From: an uncultured Desulfarculus sp. | Lineage (GTDB): Bacteria; Desulfobacterota; Desulfarculia; Desulfarculales; Desulfarculaceae | Length of the DNA stretch: 64,000 nt | Assembly: GCA_963665125.2 (NCBI GenBank) | Contig: CAXXUK010000001.1 | Location: 768,001-832,000 of the forward strand | Reading direction: 5' to 3' | Shown here: positions 8,038-18,362 of the stretch, in pieces | Position numbering within the stretch: the first letter of the stretch is position 1 | How the letters are laid out: each line of letters starts with the position of its first letter | Made by a program: the position numbers and the translations under genes | The notes under the pieces: model-generated | Database searches by the model: none | Told to the model about the DNA's origin: nothing | What the model saw: only the letters and a program-made list of their open reading frames with translations

Positions 8038-10372
8038 TGAACGTAGATTTGACATATTATCCCGTGTGGTGGAGATAGCCACCACTTCGGTTGACGTCAG
8101 TGAGCGTCTGCAAAGTATCTTGGGTGTCGTACAGAGCCAGTTGGAAGCCCGGCTCGCCGTCTTGTTCATGCTGGACAAATCAAAGCGCAACATGGTTCGC
8201 GCCAGTTCATGGCCGCGTGAGTTGGATCTTGATCCGGACATGGTGGTTCCGCTGGGCAACGGAGTGATGGACCAGGTGATCCTGCGCCGTAAACCTGCGG
8301 TGATCAGCGTATCAATGCCTTGCGGAGATGATCTCCTAAATGAGCTCTGCTCGGCCGGCGAACTGGTCAGCCTGCTGCCCGTATGCGACGACAGCCAGGT
8401 GTACGGCGTACTGGTTCTGGTCATGTCCCAGGAAGCCATCGTAGATGACAACATTTTCAAGTTGTTGCAGATGATCGCCAGGGAGATTGCCGGTACGGTC
8501 CGCAATTCCCGTTTATACATGGAGGCCAAACGCCGCATCGCCGAACTCAACGTTATATCCGATCTTGGTTTGGCGGCCATCTCCACAATTGAAGTCGATG
8601 AACTGCTGGACACCGTTGCCAGCATGTGCGCCAAACTTCTGGGGGCCGGCGGGGGCCTGGTGGCCATTGAAGGGGCCGGCCGGACTTTTTCGGCCCGCTA
8701 TGGAACCATCCCAAAGGGTTGCCCGGAATTTGTGACCTGCGTCAACTCCAAGCCCAGCGGCCCCAGGGCCGCTCAGAAAGCGTTTGTCCCCGAATGTAAC
8801 GGCATGACTAACGGCACGGAAAACAGCCGGGACCGCCTTTGCGTTCACCTCAGTTTCAAGGGCAGCTACAGCGGCAATTTGTGCGTTTTCAACAAGGTCG
8901 CCCTGGTCAAGGGAACCACGCCCGGATTCAATGTAGACGATCAAAACCTCCTGGGCACCATGGCCTCGATGGTCGCCCCGGCCCTGGAAAACGCTCTTAC
9001 CTTTCACCGCTTGGAGGATCTTGTCCAGCGCAACGAGGAGATGGTCAATTATTTGGCCACCCTCCATGAAATTAGCACGATTTTGATGACCACGGTCGAT
9101 TTCGAAGAGACCGTGATGATTATCCTGGTTTCATTGGTGCACCAGGCCGGATTGGATTACGACAACGTTATTTTGTTCCTGGCCGACGACAAGGGGCAGA
9201 CGCTGCTGCCGGTGGCCGATTTGAGCCAAAAGATGCAGGTGGGCACGGGCGAGCTGAGCCCTACACTCAACATTATCAAGCAACTGCCTGAATTTCCCCC
9301 GCGCATGCATGACAACATCGTCAGCGAACTGGAAGTGCCGATTAAAGGCAAGGGCAACATCCTGACCAAGGCTCTGCTGGAGCGCAAACCGTTGGTCAAG
9401 GAAAGTTTCAGCGGCCGCTCAAAGGTGGATTCGATTCTGCGCGACGCCCTGGAACCCAAATATCTGGTGGCCGTGCCCATGATCGCCAAGGACAAGAACG
9501 TCGGCGTATTGGTGGCCAGCACCCACAGCGCGGCAAAGTCCGTGGACGAACGAGGCCTGCGCTTGGTGGATATGCTGGCCAACCAGGCCGCCCTGGCCCT
9601 TGAGACCAGCAGGCTGTACCAGAATATTGAAAACGCCAACCGCGAGTTGGCCCATATGCGCAACCGCCTGCTGGAGGCAGACAAGTTGGCCGCCTTGGGC
9701 GAAATAGCCGCCGGTGTGGCCCATGAAATTCGCAATCCACTGGTTAGCATCGGCGGCTTTACCCGCAGGATTCGTAAACGGGTCGGCGATGATTCGCCGA
9801 TTACTCCATACCTGGAAGTGATCATCGAGGAAGTCACCCGGCTCGAGCGCACTCTCAATGAAATGCTGGAGTTTTCTTCTGAAAAGCGCGACCATTTCGA
9901 AGAGAACGATCTCAACGAGATTATCGACCGCTCCTTGGACCTGTTGCGCCGCGATCTTGACGACAAGCGCATCGAGGTGGTGCGCCATTATTCCACGGAC
10001 CTGCCCAAAGTCTTTTGCGATGAAAGGCAAATCAAGCACGTCTTTTTAAACCTGTTCATCAATGCCATCCAGGCCATGGATATGGGCGGCAGGTTGACCT
10101 TGCGGACGTTTACCGTGGTTCGGGAGTCCAAGCAGTTCGTGGCCGGCGAGGTCAGCGACACCGGCGGCGGCATACCCATGGATGTGGTGCACCACATTTT
10201 CAACCCGTTCTTCACCACAAAAGACCAGGGTTCGGGCATGGGACTGTCCATCGTGCACAAGATCGTCACCAGGCATTTCGGCGGCGTGGAGGTGCACAAC
10301 AGGGAAGGCGAAGGCACCTCGTTTTTAGTCACATTGCCCGCGGCCGAAGAGGGACGGGCATATCTCAAGTAA
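8030..10372 (+). CDS. Cytoplasmic multi-GAF sensor histidine kinase (NtrB-like)
   Basis: Repeated GAF-end motifs (IAGTVRNSRLY, ALENA, ALALETSRLY); AHEIRNPL, NLFINAIQA, PFFTTK, GMGL. Confidence 0.92.
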   Translation: MIDERRFDILSRVVEIATTSVDVSERLQSILGVVQSQLEARLAVLFMLDKSKRNMVRASSWPRELDLDPDMVVPLGNGVMDQVILRRKPAVISVSMPCGDDLLNELCSAGELVSLLPVCDDSQVYGVLVLVMSQEAIVDDNIFKLLQMIAREIAGTVRNSRLYMEAKRRIAELNVISDLGLAAISTIEVDELLDTVASMCAKLLGAGGGLVAIEGAGRTFSARYGTIPKGCPEFVTCVNSKPSGPRAAQKAFVPECNGMTNGTENSRDRLCVHLSFKGSYSGNLCVFNKVALVKGTTPGFNVDDQNLLGTMASMVAPALENALTFHRLEDLVQRNEEMVNYLATLHEISTILMTTVDFEETVMIILVSLVHQAGLDYDNVILFLADDKGQTLLPVADLSQKMQVGTGELSPTLNIIKQLPEFPPRMHDNIVSELEVPIKGKGNILTKALLERKPLVKESFSGRSKVDSILRDALEPKYLVAVPMIAKDKNVGVLVASTHSAAKSVDERGLRLVDMLANQAALALETSRLYQNIENANRELAHMRNRLLEADKLAALGEIAAGVAHEIRNPLVSIGGFTRRIRKRVGDDSPITPYLEVIIEEVTRLERTLNEMLEFSSEKRDHFEENDLNEIIDRSLDLLRRDLDDKRIEVVRHYSTDLPKVFCDERQIKHVFLNLFINAIQAMDMGGRLTLRTFTVVRESKQFVAGEVSDTGGGIPMDVVHHIFNPFFTTKDQGSGMGLSIVHKIVTRHFGGVEVHNREGEGTSFLVTLPAAEEGRAYLK

Positions 10373-10396
10373 ATTCGTTGATCGGCGGAGTCTATA

Positions 10397-10930
10397 TTGG
10401 CGGAAGTGGTAGATATCGGCAGCGCCAGGCGCAGCAAGGTGGCTGGGCCTGCGTTCAGCAACTGGGAAAAACGGCTTGGATTCACCCCGGGGCCGGACGA
10501 GGCCCTGGACGCCATTCCCGATAAAATCCTGATCGAACTGGCTGAACTGGGCAACGAAGGCGTACTGGCCCTCTACGACGTTGTGTTGGGCGTCCGAGGT
10601 TGGGGCGTCGGCGAAGCCTTCAATTATCTTGAGCCGGGCCGCAAGATGGAGGCCCTTGACTCGTATCTTTTTCTGGCCGACCAGGTACGCTTCGAGGTGA
10701 TGCGCCGCCTGGGCTGGCTGGGCGCGACGGTTTGTTCGGAAGTCCCCATCGCCGACCTGGCCCTGAACCACAAGCACCTCATGGCCCGCGTGGCTGAGCC
10801 ACCCATGCTTTTGCGGGCATACCCCCGGTATGAAGAAATGAGTAAACGCCTGGAGATGGAGCCCGAGGCGGCCATACGGTCGATCATTCCCGAGGCCTTG
10901 ACCGTCTTCCGGCGCAAGGTGAATGCGTAG
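10397..10930 (+). CDS. Hypothetical protein
   Basis: 177 aa ORF with TTG start after GGAG, filling the gap between co-oriented genes. Confidence 0.65.
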   Translation: MAEVVDIGSARRSKVAGPAFSNWEKRLGFTPGPDEALDAIPDKILIELAELGNEGVLALYDVVLGVRGWGVGEAFNYLEPGRKMEALDSYLFLADQVRFEVMRRLGWLGATVCSEVPIADLALNHKHLMARVAEPPMLLRAYPRYEEMSKRLEMEPEAAIRSIIPEALTVFRRKVNA

Positions 10931-10953
10931 ATAAGCCAATCAAGGAGGTTGGA

Positions 10954-12108
10954 ATGCCAAGCACCGTATTTCTCGCCGATATGAGGGCTTCGCTGAAGCG
11001 AACCTTCAACCAGAAGATTGACGAACTCATGGAACGGGTGGGGTTGGCCTCCATCATCAAACCCGGCGCCTTGACCGCCCTGAAGATTCATTTCGGCGAA
11101 AAGGGCAACACAACCTTTATCCGGCCCGTGCTGGCCCGTCGCTGGGCCGATGCAGTCAAGAACGCCGGCGGCAAGCCTTTCTTTACCGACTGCAATACGC
11201 TTTACGTTGGTTCTCGTTCAGACGCGGTGAACCATCTGCACACGGCCACGGAAAACGGATTTGCCTATAGTGTGGCCGGAGCGCCACTGGTCATAGCCGA
11301 CGGACTACGGGGCAGCACCGAGATCATCGTGCCCCTGGGCCTGCCCGATTGCCCCGAGGCCTACATAGGCCAGGAGATCATCCACGCCGACGCTCTGATC
11401 AGCATTGCCCATTTCAAGGGCCATGAGGTGGCCGGATTCGGCGGGACCATTAAAAACCTGGGCATGGGCTGCGCCAGCCGCCGGGGCAAGCTTTATCAGC
11501 ACGCCAATATTTCACCGATCATCAAGCCCAAACGCTGCATTGCCTGCGGCGATTGCATTGTCCGCTGCCCCGGCCTGGCCATCAGGCTGGTCAAGCGCGG
11601 ACCGGATATGGACGCCGCTCCGGACAACTCAAAAAAACCGGATTTCGTGGCCATCAAGGACAGCGCAAAGTGCATCGGCTGCGGAGACTGCATCGCCACC
11701 TGCAACCAGGGGGCAATCATGATACCGTGGGATTCCCAGGTGCCGGAGTTGATGAAGCGCATGGTCGGCCACGCCAAGGCCGCTTTGGAGGGCAAACGGG
11801 AGAAGTCCCTGTTCTTCAACTTCATCGTGGACGTCAACCCGGATTGCAACTGCATGCCTTTCCAAGACGCGCCCATCGTTCACGACATCGGCCTGGCCGC
11901 CTCCAACGATCCGGTGGCCCTGGACCAGGCCAGCGTGGACCTGGTGAACAACTCGCCGGGCCTGCCCACCAGCCGCCTGGAGAGCGCCTTTGCCGAGGGG
12001 GCCGATAAATTCCGCGACATCCATCCCGAGATCGACTGGAAGGTGCAGCTGGAATACGCCGAGCAGGTGGGGCTGGGCAGCCGAGACTACGAGTTGGTGC
12101 GAATTTAG
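10954..12108 (+). CDS. DUF362 domain protein with a 2x[4Fe-4S] ferredoxin domain
   Basis: KIHFGEKGN, HFKGH, KNLGMGC, CIACGDC..CP, CIGCGDC..CN, DPVALDQA; RBS AGGAGG. Confidence 0.88.
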   Translation: MPSTVFLADMRASLKRTFNQKIDELMERVGLASIIKPGALTALKIHFGEKGNTTFIRPVLARRWADAVKNAGGKPFFTDCNTLYVGSRSDAVNHLHTATENGFAYSVAGAPLVIADGLRGSTEIIVPLGLPDCPEAYIGQEIIHADALISIAHFKGHEVAGFGGTIKNLGMGCASRRGKLYQHANISPIIKPKRCIACGDCIVRCPGLAIRLVKRGPDMDAAPDNSKKPDFVAIKDSAKCIGCGDCIATCNQGAIMIPWDSQVPELMKRMVGHAKAALEGKREKSLFFNFIVDVNPDCNCMPFQDAPIVHDIGLAASNDPVALDQASVDLVNNSPGLPTSRLESAFAEGADKFRDIHPEIDWKVQLEYAEQVGLGSRDYELVRI

Positions 12109-12143
12109 CTCCGGTTTAACACCACACTACCAATTGGGGTGCC

Positions 12144-12803
12144 ATGTCCGGGTTTGTGCTTGAAGCGGCCGGTGTCCAATGGACAGCGCCTGACGGCAAT
12201 AAGGTTCTGTTAGGCGTTTCCTTTGGGCTGGCGGCCGGTGAGTTGGTTTGGCTAAGCGGACCATCGGGCGGCGGAAAGTCTACACTGTTGCGCCTATTGG
12301 GGCGGCTCATTTCGCCCTCCACGGGAGACATTATCCTCAACGGCCGGTCCATGACCGAATGGAAATCATGGGACTTTCGCCGTCAGGCCGTGTTGGTGGG
12401 CCAGATACCCGCCGTATTGGGCCAAACCGTGCGGCGCAACCTCCTTGCCCCGTTTTCCTATAGGGTTTCCCGGAATAACACGCCGCCGACCCCGGAAAAA
12501 ATAAGCGCCGAACTCGGCCTGCTGGGCTTTGGCGATATCGGCCTGGACCGGGATGTTCAGGGCCTTTCCGTGGGACAGTTGCAGCGTCTTTGTCTGTGCC
12601 GGGCCTTGTTGCTTGGGCCTGCTGTTTTGCTTTTAGACGAACCCCTGGCGCCCCTGGATCCCGAGGCGGCGGATCTGGTTGTAAACCGGTTGTCGCAATA
12701 TGTGGATCAGGGCGGGGCCGTGTTGATGGTCAGCCATCAACGACCGGCCAAATCGGCGCGCCATCTGGTATTGGCCGAGGGCAAGATGGAGGACAGGCAA
12801 TGA
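12144..12803 (+). CDS. ABC transporter ATP-binding protein (FetA/YbbL-like)
   Basis: GPSGGGKS, LSVGQ, LLLDEP, SH. Confidence 0.85.
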   Translation: MSGFVLEAAGVQWTAPDGNKVLLGVSFGLAAGELVWLSGPSGGGKSTLLRLLGRLISPSTGDIILNGRSMTEWKSWDFRRQAVLVGQIPAVLGQTVRRNLLAPFSYRVSRNNTPPTPEKISAELGLLGFGDIGLDRDVQGLSVGQLQRLCLCRALLLGPAVLLLDEPLAPLDPEAADLVVNRLSQYVDQGGAVLMVSHQRPAKSARHLVLAEGKMEDRQ

Positions 12804-13597
12804 CGGGCATCGCGGCGATCGGCCCCTGGCAATTGGCCCTGGCTCTTGTCTTCGTGTTGCTGGCGGGAGCGGCCAGCATCCGCTTGCGCCTGGGCCTGGG
12901 CAAGGACATCGCCTGGGGCGCCATCCGCACCTTTGCCCAACTATTTTTGATGGGTTATGTCCTGGTCTATATTTTTCAGCTGGATATTCCGCCGCTGGTC
13001 CTGACCGTGTTTGGCGCAATGATCTTTTTCGCCGCACGGATCGTGGCGGGACGGGTCAAGGGCAAGGGCCCCAAGGTCTTCGGGCCGGTGTTTTTGTCCA
13101 TGCTGTTGAGCTACATGGTGGTCACGTTCGTGGTGGTGGCGGTGGTGGTCCAGGCCGAACCCTGGTGGCAGCCTCGCTACTTCATACCACTTGGCGGCAT
13201 GGTGGTTGGTAACTCCATGAACGCCATGGCCCTGGCCCTGGAGAGGCTTTTCAGCGATATGGCGGCCAAGCGTAACGAAGTGGAGGCCATGCTCAGCCTG
13301 GGGGCCAATCACAAAGAGGCAACAGCTGGTATTTTCGCCTCAGCGGTGTCGGCGGGCATGATCCCCAGCATAAACTCCATGATGGGCGTGGGCGTGGTTT
13401 TCATTCCCGGCATGATGACCGGCCAAATACTGGCGGGGGCCGATCCCCTGGTCAGTATCAAGTACCAGATAGTGGTTATGTTGATGCTGGTCGGATCAAC
13501 AACACTGAGCAGTGTGGTCGGTGTGCACCTCGCCCGCCGCAGGCTGTTCAACAAAGATGAACAGATTGTTCAGTATTTTTCAGGTGATCGATCATAA
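12800..13597 (+). CDS. fetB: ABC permease, FetB/UPF0014 family
   Basis: RTFAQL, IPLGGMVVGNSMN, IPSINSM..GVVFIPGMMTGQILAG; ATG overlaps the upstream stop. Confidence 0.85.
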   Translation: MTGIAAIGPWQLALALVFVLLAGAASIRLRLGLGKDIAWGAIRTFAQLFLMGYVLVYIFQLDIPPLVLTVFGAMIFFAARIVAGRVKGKGPKVFGPVFLSMLLSYMVVTFVVVAVVVQAEPWWQPRYFIPLGGMVVGNSMNAMALALERLFSDMAAKRNEVEAMLSLGANHKEATAGIFASAVSAGMIPSINSMMGVGVVFIPGMMTGQILAGADPLVSIKYQIVVMLMLVGSTTLSSVVGVHLARRRLFNKDEQIVQYFSGDRS

Positions 13598-13752
13598 AGG
13601 TTATGCTTTCATTGACTAAAGTATTAAAAAAATAATAGAGTAAAAAAACTGCGGACATATTTCTATCTGCTTTGATCTACTCCCAAAATGATGCGTAAAA
13701 GTTCATCGTGACAACTGACTGTAAATAGAGCAGAGTACGGGCAAACATTACA

Positions 13753-16452
13753 ATGGCTTGTAGCTCAACACAGCGCCTGTCCCTTTCGCCATTCATCCTG
13801 ATTGTAATCATTGTTGCCATGTCAACACTGTCATGGTCACCCCTACTCGCATCCGGCGGGGGGCAACATGGGCGCGCATTGCTCATAAGTTCCTATCACC
13901 CAGGATTTCCTGCATTTTTTCACCAAATTAACGGAATCAAGAGCGTCTTCGACCCGGAGCATATCCTACTCGATGTCGAGTTCATGGACACCAAGCGCTT
14001 CAAACAGAAAGAAAACCGGGACAACTTTAAGGAGAGCCTACGCTTCAAGCTCGCCCACCTTAAACCATACGATATTGTGATGACGGCCGACGACAATGCG
14101 TTGAACTTCGCCCTGGACCAGCAAAACGACCTGCTCAAGGGCTTGCCGATTATCTTCTTCGGTGTGAACAACGTAGATAAGGCTCTCGAACAAAACGACA
14201 ATGAAATGGTGACCGGTGTTGTGGAAGATGTGTCCATGGCGGACACAATCTCCCTCATGCTCAAACTACATCCCCAAACAAAAAAAATGGTCGCCCTGGT
14301 CGATGCCTCGCCCAGCGGCCAAGCCGATCTCAAGCGGTTTTACGATCTGGAAGGTAATTTCAAGGATGTAAAGTTCGAAGACATATGCCTGGCGGATATG
14401 TCGTTTGATCAATTTAAGCAAAGACTGCGGGAAATCGGCGATGACACGGCCGTTTTGCTGCTTTCGGCATATCATGACAATCAGGGCAAGTCATTGCAAT
14501 TCCACGATTCCCTGGACCTGATTGCCCGCAACCTGAACCGGCCTCTATATCACCTTTGGCATCACGGCCTGGGCGAAGGTGTTTTGGGCGGAAAGCTGGT
14601 CAGCCATTTCGACCAGGGACAAAGCGCCGCTTTGATGGCTCTCAAGGTTCTTAAGGGTACGCCGCTAAGGGATATATCAGTCAGCAGCCAGAGCCCCAAC
14701 AGGTATTATTTCGACCACCGCCAGCTACAGAGATTTCGGTTGGATGAAGCCGGCCTGCCGCCGGACAGTGTGGTCCTTTTCAAGCCCGAGAGCTTTTTAC
14801 ATAAAAATATAATGATGGTCTTGTGGCTGTTGTTTTTATTCATCAGCCTGGTGACCATAGTCATTGTTTTGGTTTTCAATGCATTGCAGCGTAGAAGGTC
14901 CGAAGAAAAACTGCGCGAAAGTGAAGGGCGTTTCCGCTCCACTTTCGAACAGGCCGCCGTGGGCATTCTTCATCTTGATTTAAAGGGCGAGTTCCTTCGC
15001 GTAAACAGACGCTTTTGCGATATGCTCGGCTACAGCCGGGATGAGTTTCGACTGTTGAGTCTGCGTGATATTTCCCATCCCGAAGACATGAAAACCAGTG
15101 AGCAGATGCGGGTGGACCTGCTCTCCGGCAAAGCGGACAAGATGTCCACCGAAAAACGCTACATAAGAAAAGACGGCTCCATGATGTGGGGCCACCTCAC
15201 ATTGTCGCTGCGGTTGGATGAACAGGGGCTGCCGGTTCATTTTATCGGTGTTATTGAAGATATTGGCGAACGCAAGGCAGCCGAGGAGGAAAAGGAGAAA
15301 CTGGAGGACAAACTACTTCAGTCGCAAAAAATGGAGGCTCTGGGCACCTTGGCCGGTGGCGTGGCCCACGACTTCAACAACTTGCTGGCCGCGATTCTCG
15401 GATATTCAGAGCTGGCCTTGGACTCGGTAAAAGAGGGAGAGGATTGCGCGGAAGATCTCGAGCAATTGATCAAATCAGCCGAGCGGGGCAGGGAGTTGGT
15501 TAGGCAAATCCTTACCTTTAGCCGCAAAATGCAGGTTGAATTGCAGCCGCTTGACCTAAACAAGGAGGTGAAGCGGGTCTCGGAAATTCTTAAGCACGCC
15601 TTGCCAAAGATGATAGAAATCAAAATCAAACTAGATCCGGACCTCCAAGCCATTGCCGCGGACCAGACCCAGATCGAACAAGTGCTGCTGAATCTGGGGA
15701 GCAATGCAGCCGATGCCATGCCGCAAGGCGGGACACTGCGCATAGAGACCTCGAACGTGGTTTTGGATGAGCAATATTGCAGGCGCCATGCCGAAGTTAG
15801 TCCCGGGCCATATGTTTTACTGGAAGTTGCCGATACGGGATCGGGCATGGATGAAAACACCCTTGTCCAAATATTTGATCCGTTTTTTACCACAAAGGAC
15901 GTTGGCAAAGGCACCGGACTTGGTCTTTCGACGGTGTTTGGAATCATCAAGGAGCATGGTGGAGCGATTTCCTGCATGAGCGAGATCGGTCAAGGAACTG
16001 TGTTTAAGATGTTTCTACCCGTATGCGGTGAACAAAACGGCCAAGGCCTTGAAATGGGGAAGGACTCGCACGAAGCCGCCAACGGAGGAGCGACAATCCT
16101 TTTCGTGGATGACGAACAGGCCCTGAGGGAGATAGCCGCTATACACCTTATGCGGGCGGGTTATAAAGTCATTACGGCCGATAGTGGGGAACTGGCCTTG
16201 GAAATGTACAAGGCGGGAGCCAAAGATATCGATTTGGTCATTCTCGACTTGAGCATGCCCGGGCTGGGCGGGATCTTCTGCCTAAAGGAGATACTGACTT
16301 TTGATTCAGCCGCAACAGTGCTTGTTACAAGTGGTTATTCGGAAGACACCCAGAGAAAAGACGTGCTTGCAATGGGTGCGAAAGAGTACCTGCCAAAACC
16401 CAACGGCAAGACGCAATTGCTTTCGGCTGTACGAGCTGTTTTGAATAAGTAA
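13753..16452 (+). CDS. Hybrid histidine kinase (periplasmic ABC-SBP-like sensor, PAS, HisKA, HATPase, receiver)
   Basis: ISSYH, EFMDTK; FEQAAVGI PAS; AHDFNNLL, PFFTTK..GTGLGL; LDLSMP, KP. Confidence 0.92.
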   Translation: MACSSTQRLSLSPFILIVIIVAMSTLSWSPLLASGGGQHGRALLISSYHPGFPAFFHQINGIKSVFDPEHILLDVEFMDTKRFKQKENRDNFKESLRFKLAHLKPYDIVMTADDNALNFALDQQNDLLKGLPIIFFGVNNVDKALEQNDNEMVTGVVEDVSMADTISLMLKLHPQTKKMVALVDASPSGQADLKRFYDLEGNFKDVKFEDICLADMSFDQFKQRLREIGDDTAVLLLSAYHDNQGKSLQFHDSLDLIARNLNRPLYHLWHHGLGEGVLGGKLVSHFDQGQSAALMALKVLKGTPLRDISVSSQSPNRYYFDHRQLQRFRLDEAGLPPDSVVLFKPESFLHKNIMMVLWLLFLFISLVTIVIVLVFNALQRRRSEEKLRESEGRFRSTFEQAAVGILHLDLKGEFLRVNRRFCDMLGYSRDEFRLLSLRDISHPEDMKTSEQMRVDLLSGKADKMSTEKRYIRKDGSMMWGHLTLSLRLDEQGLPVHFIGVIEDIGERKAAEEEKEKLEDKLLQSQKMEALGTLAGGVAHDFNNLLAAILGYSELALDSVKEGEDCAEDLEQLIKSAERGRELVRQILTFSRKMQVELQPLDLNKEVKRVSEILKHALPKMIEIKIKLDPDLQAIAADQTQIEQVLLNLGSNAADAMPQGGTLRIETSNVVLDEQYCRRHAEVSPGPYVLLEVADTGSGMDENTLVQIFDPFFTTKDVGKGTGLGLSTVFGIIKEHGGAISCMSEIGQGTVFKMFLPVCGEQNGQGLEMGKDSHEAANGGATILFVDDEQALREIAAIHLMRAGYKVITADSGELALEMYKAGAKDIDLVILDLSMPGLGGIFCLKEILTFDSAATVLVTSGYSEDTQRKDVLAMGAKEYLPKPNGKTQLLSAVRAVLNK

Positions 16453-16668
16453 TTGTAAAATCGGTTGAACTCCGAGCTTAACAATCAATCAAAAACCCAT
16501 GCTAATTATGGGCTTTTATGCGTATTTTCTTGTTGGCCTGTCAACAAGGCTTGGTTATGATAAGTCCATGTTAAAAACGGCGGCTATTGAATATGCTGCC
16601 TAAGGGCACGAGAGCGGCGCGGCCGCGCAAATGCGCGGCAGTGAAAACATCAGGACAAGAGAGGGTTA

Positions 16669-17244
16669 ATGCTATTAAAAAGATTTGTGAGTATGGCCGC
16701 CGTAATGGCTTTGGTCATGGGTTTTTCAGTGGCTGGGTTTGCCGCTGAGAGGGATTCGATCGTTAAGGCCGGAGAGGACTTCCCCAAGGTCGAGTTTGCT
16801 GCTGAGCTTGATGCCAATGGCAAAAAGTACTTGGGCTTGGATGTCTCGGCCAAAACCTTCAGCATTGACCAAATCGACGCCAAGGTAATTGTGTTAGAGT
16901 TTTTTGGCCTCTATTGCCTGCACTGCCGCAGCGAAGCCCCCAAGGTGGCCCAACTCTATAAGATGATCCAGGACGAAGGCCTTGGCGACAAGGTCAAATT
17001 CCTTGGTGTGGGCGTCAACAACTCGGCTTTTGAGGTGGCGGCCTTCCGTAAGCAACTCAAAGTGCTGTTCCCGGGTGTGCCCGATCCCAAGATGGCCAAC
17101 ACCAAGGCCGTGGGCGTGTTTGCCACTCCGACATTTATCGTGGTAACGAAGTCTTCTCCCTGCAAGGTCTTTGTCACCAAGGTCGGTGATGTGGGACCTT
17201 TGGACGTCTTTGTCAAGGAACTCAAGGAAGCCGCCGGCAATTAG
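16669..17244 (+). CDS. Exported TlpA-like thioredoxin-fold protein
   Basis: Signal peptide; YCLHC motif; ATPTF cis-Pro loop. Confidence 0.8.
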   Translation: MLLKRFVSMAAVMALVMGFSVAGFAAERDSIVKAGEDFPKVEFAAELDANGKKYLGLDVSAKTFSIDQIDAKVIVLEFFGLYCLHCRSEAPKVAQLYKMIQDEGLGDKVKFLGVGVNNSAFEVAAFRKQLKVLFPGVPDPKMANTKAVGVFATPTFIVVTKSSPCKVFVTKVGDVGPLDVFVKELKEAAGN

Positions 17245-17260
17245 CCTGATTCCTCAACGC

Positions 17261-17305
17261 AAATAAAAATCCCGTCCAGACTATGCCTGGGCGGGATTTT
17301 TATTT
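17261..17305. terminator. Bidirectional intrinsic terminator
   Basis: AAATAAAAATCCCGTCCAG-N-CTGGGCGGGATTTTTATTT between convergent genes. Confidence 0.8.
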
Positions 17306-17420
17306 ATCTGATTAGGACTCTTCGCTGGACCCCGACCGACCTCCAATGGGCGGCGCATCGGTTTTGGGGCAAAGCTTGATGCTCAACAAGCCTATCAGTC
17401 AACCCTCAGCATTCTTTCGC

Positions 17421-17894
17421 TCAATAGCCTTCCCGAATCCGTTTTTCGGTCCGTTTTTGGGTCAATGTGTCAAGTGACAGCCACGACCCCGGCTTCCACA
17501 GCAGCCAAAGGGCGGGAAGCATAATTATGAAGTCGCGGAGAGCGTCGGCGTAACCAACGGCGCTATCCTGGCCCGGGAAACAGCCGCAGTTGTGGCTTTG
17601 CCCCGTGGCGCCGGCGTGGATCATCAGGGCTGTGAAAAAGGCCATCAGATAGGCCAGCCACAGTGCCGCAGGACGAATCCATATTCCAAAAACCATCATT
17701 GTGGCAAGAAAAAATTCAAGCCACGCCAGCACGGCGCTGAAGGTATTGACCGCCCATATCGGCAAGATGTCATAGGTGGCCGTGGCCTGGGCAAATGAGG
17801 CGGGATCCCACACCTTTTCCAGGCTAGCCAAATAAAAGACTGTTGCCAGGGCTATCCTGCTTCCCAGGGATATGATTTCAAATACTTTTGTCAT
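17421..17894 (-). CDS. MauE/DoxX family redox-associated membrane protein
   Basis: Four hydrophobic segments; EKVWDPASF, WLEF, CGCF, LRD. Confidence 0.8.
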   Translation of the reverse strand: MTKVFEIISLGSRIALATVFYLASLEKVWDPASFAQATATYDILPIWAVNTFSAVLAWLEFFLATMMVFGIWIRPAALWLAYLMAFFTALMIHAGATGQSHNCGCFPGQDSAVGYADALRDFIIMLPALWLLWKPGSWLSLDTLTQKRTEKRIREGY

Positions 17895-18361
17895 GGCGAA
17901 TATGGCTCTTTACTTGTGGGATAGCCTGCCAGAACCCATTGATCGTAGCTGGCGTCCATTACGTAAACATTGCTGAAACCCTTGTCTCTCATCTTTTGGG
18001 CCACCACCGCCGCAGGCCAGCGGCTTGCCGTTCGGCCGTAGATGACGATCACCTGATCCTTGACCAGGGCCGGGGCCAGCATGTCGCCCATCATTTCCAC
18101 CGCCTTGGGCGGAAAATTGAAGGCCCAGAGGATATGCCCCTGCTCGTATTCCTGGGAGGAACGAGAGTCGATGAACATCCCGCCTTCATTGAACATGTCC
18201 CAGGAGTCGAGCATTGTCGCCGGTTTCCAAAGGGGTTTGAACAATTCCTTTGGCAGGAAGCCGATTCCCTGGGGCATCACCGCGTTGAAAACCACGGCCG
18301 CGGCCCAGGCCAAAAGCAGGACCACCCCCGCTTTTTTTACGATTATGATTAAACCGGTCAA
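17891..18361 (-). CDS. Membrane-anchored rhodanese-like protein lacking the catalytic Cys
   Basis: FIDSRS..EYEQGHI..A, GFSNVYVM, W..AGYP; active-site loop reads IYGRT instead of YC. Confidence 0.75.
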   Translation of the reverse strand: MTGLIIIVKKAGVVLLLAWAAAVVFNAVMPQGIGFLPKELFKPLWKPATMLDSWDMFNEGGMFIDSRSSQEYEQGHILWAFNFPPKAVEMMGDMLAPALVKDQVIVIYGRTASRWPAAVVAQKMRDKGFSNVYVMDASYDQWVLAGYPTSKEPYSP

Positions 18362-18362
18362 T

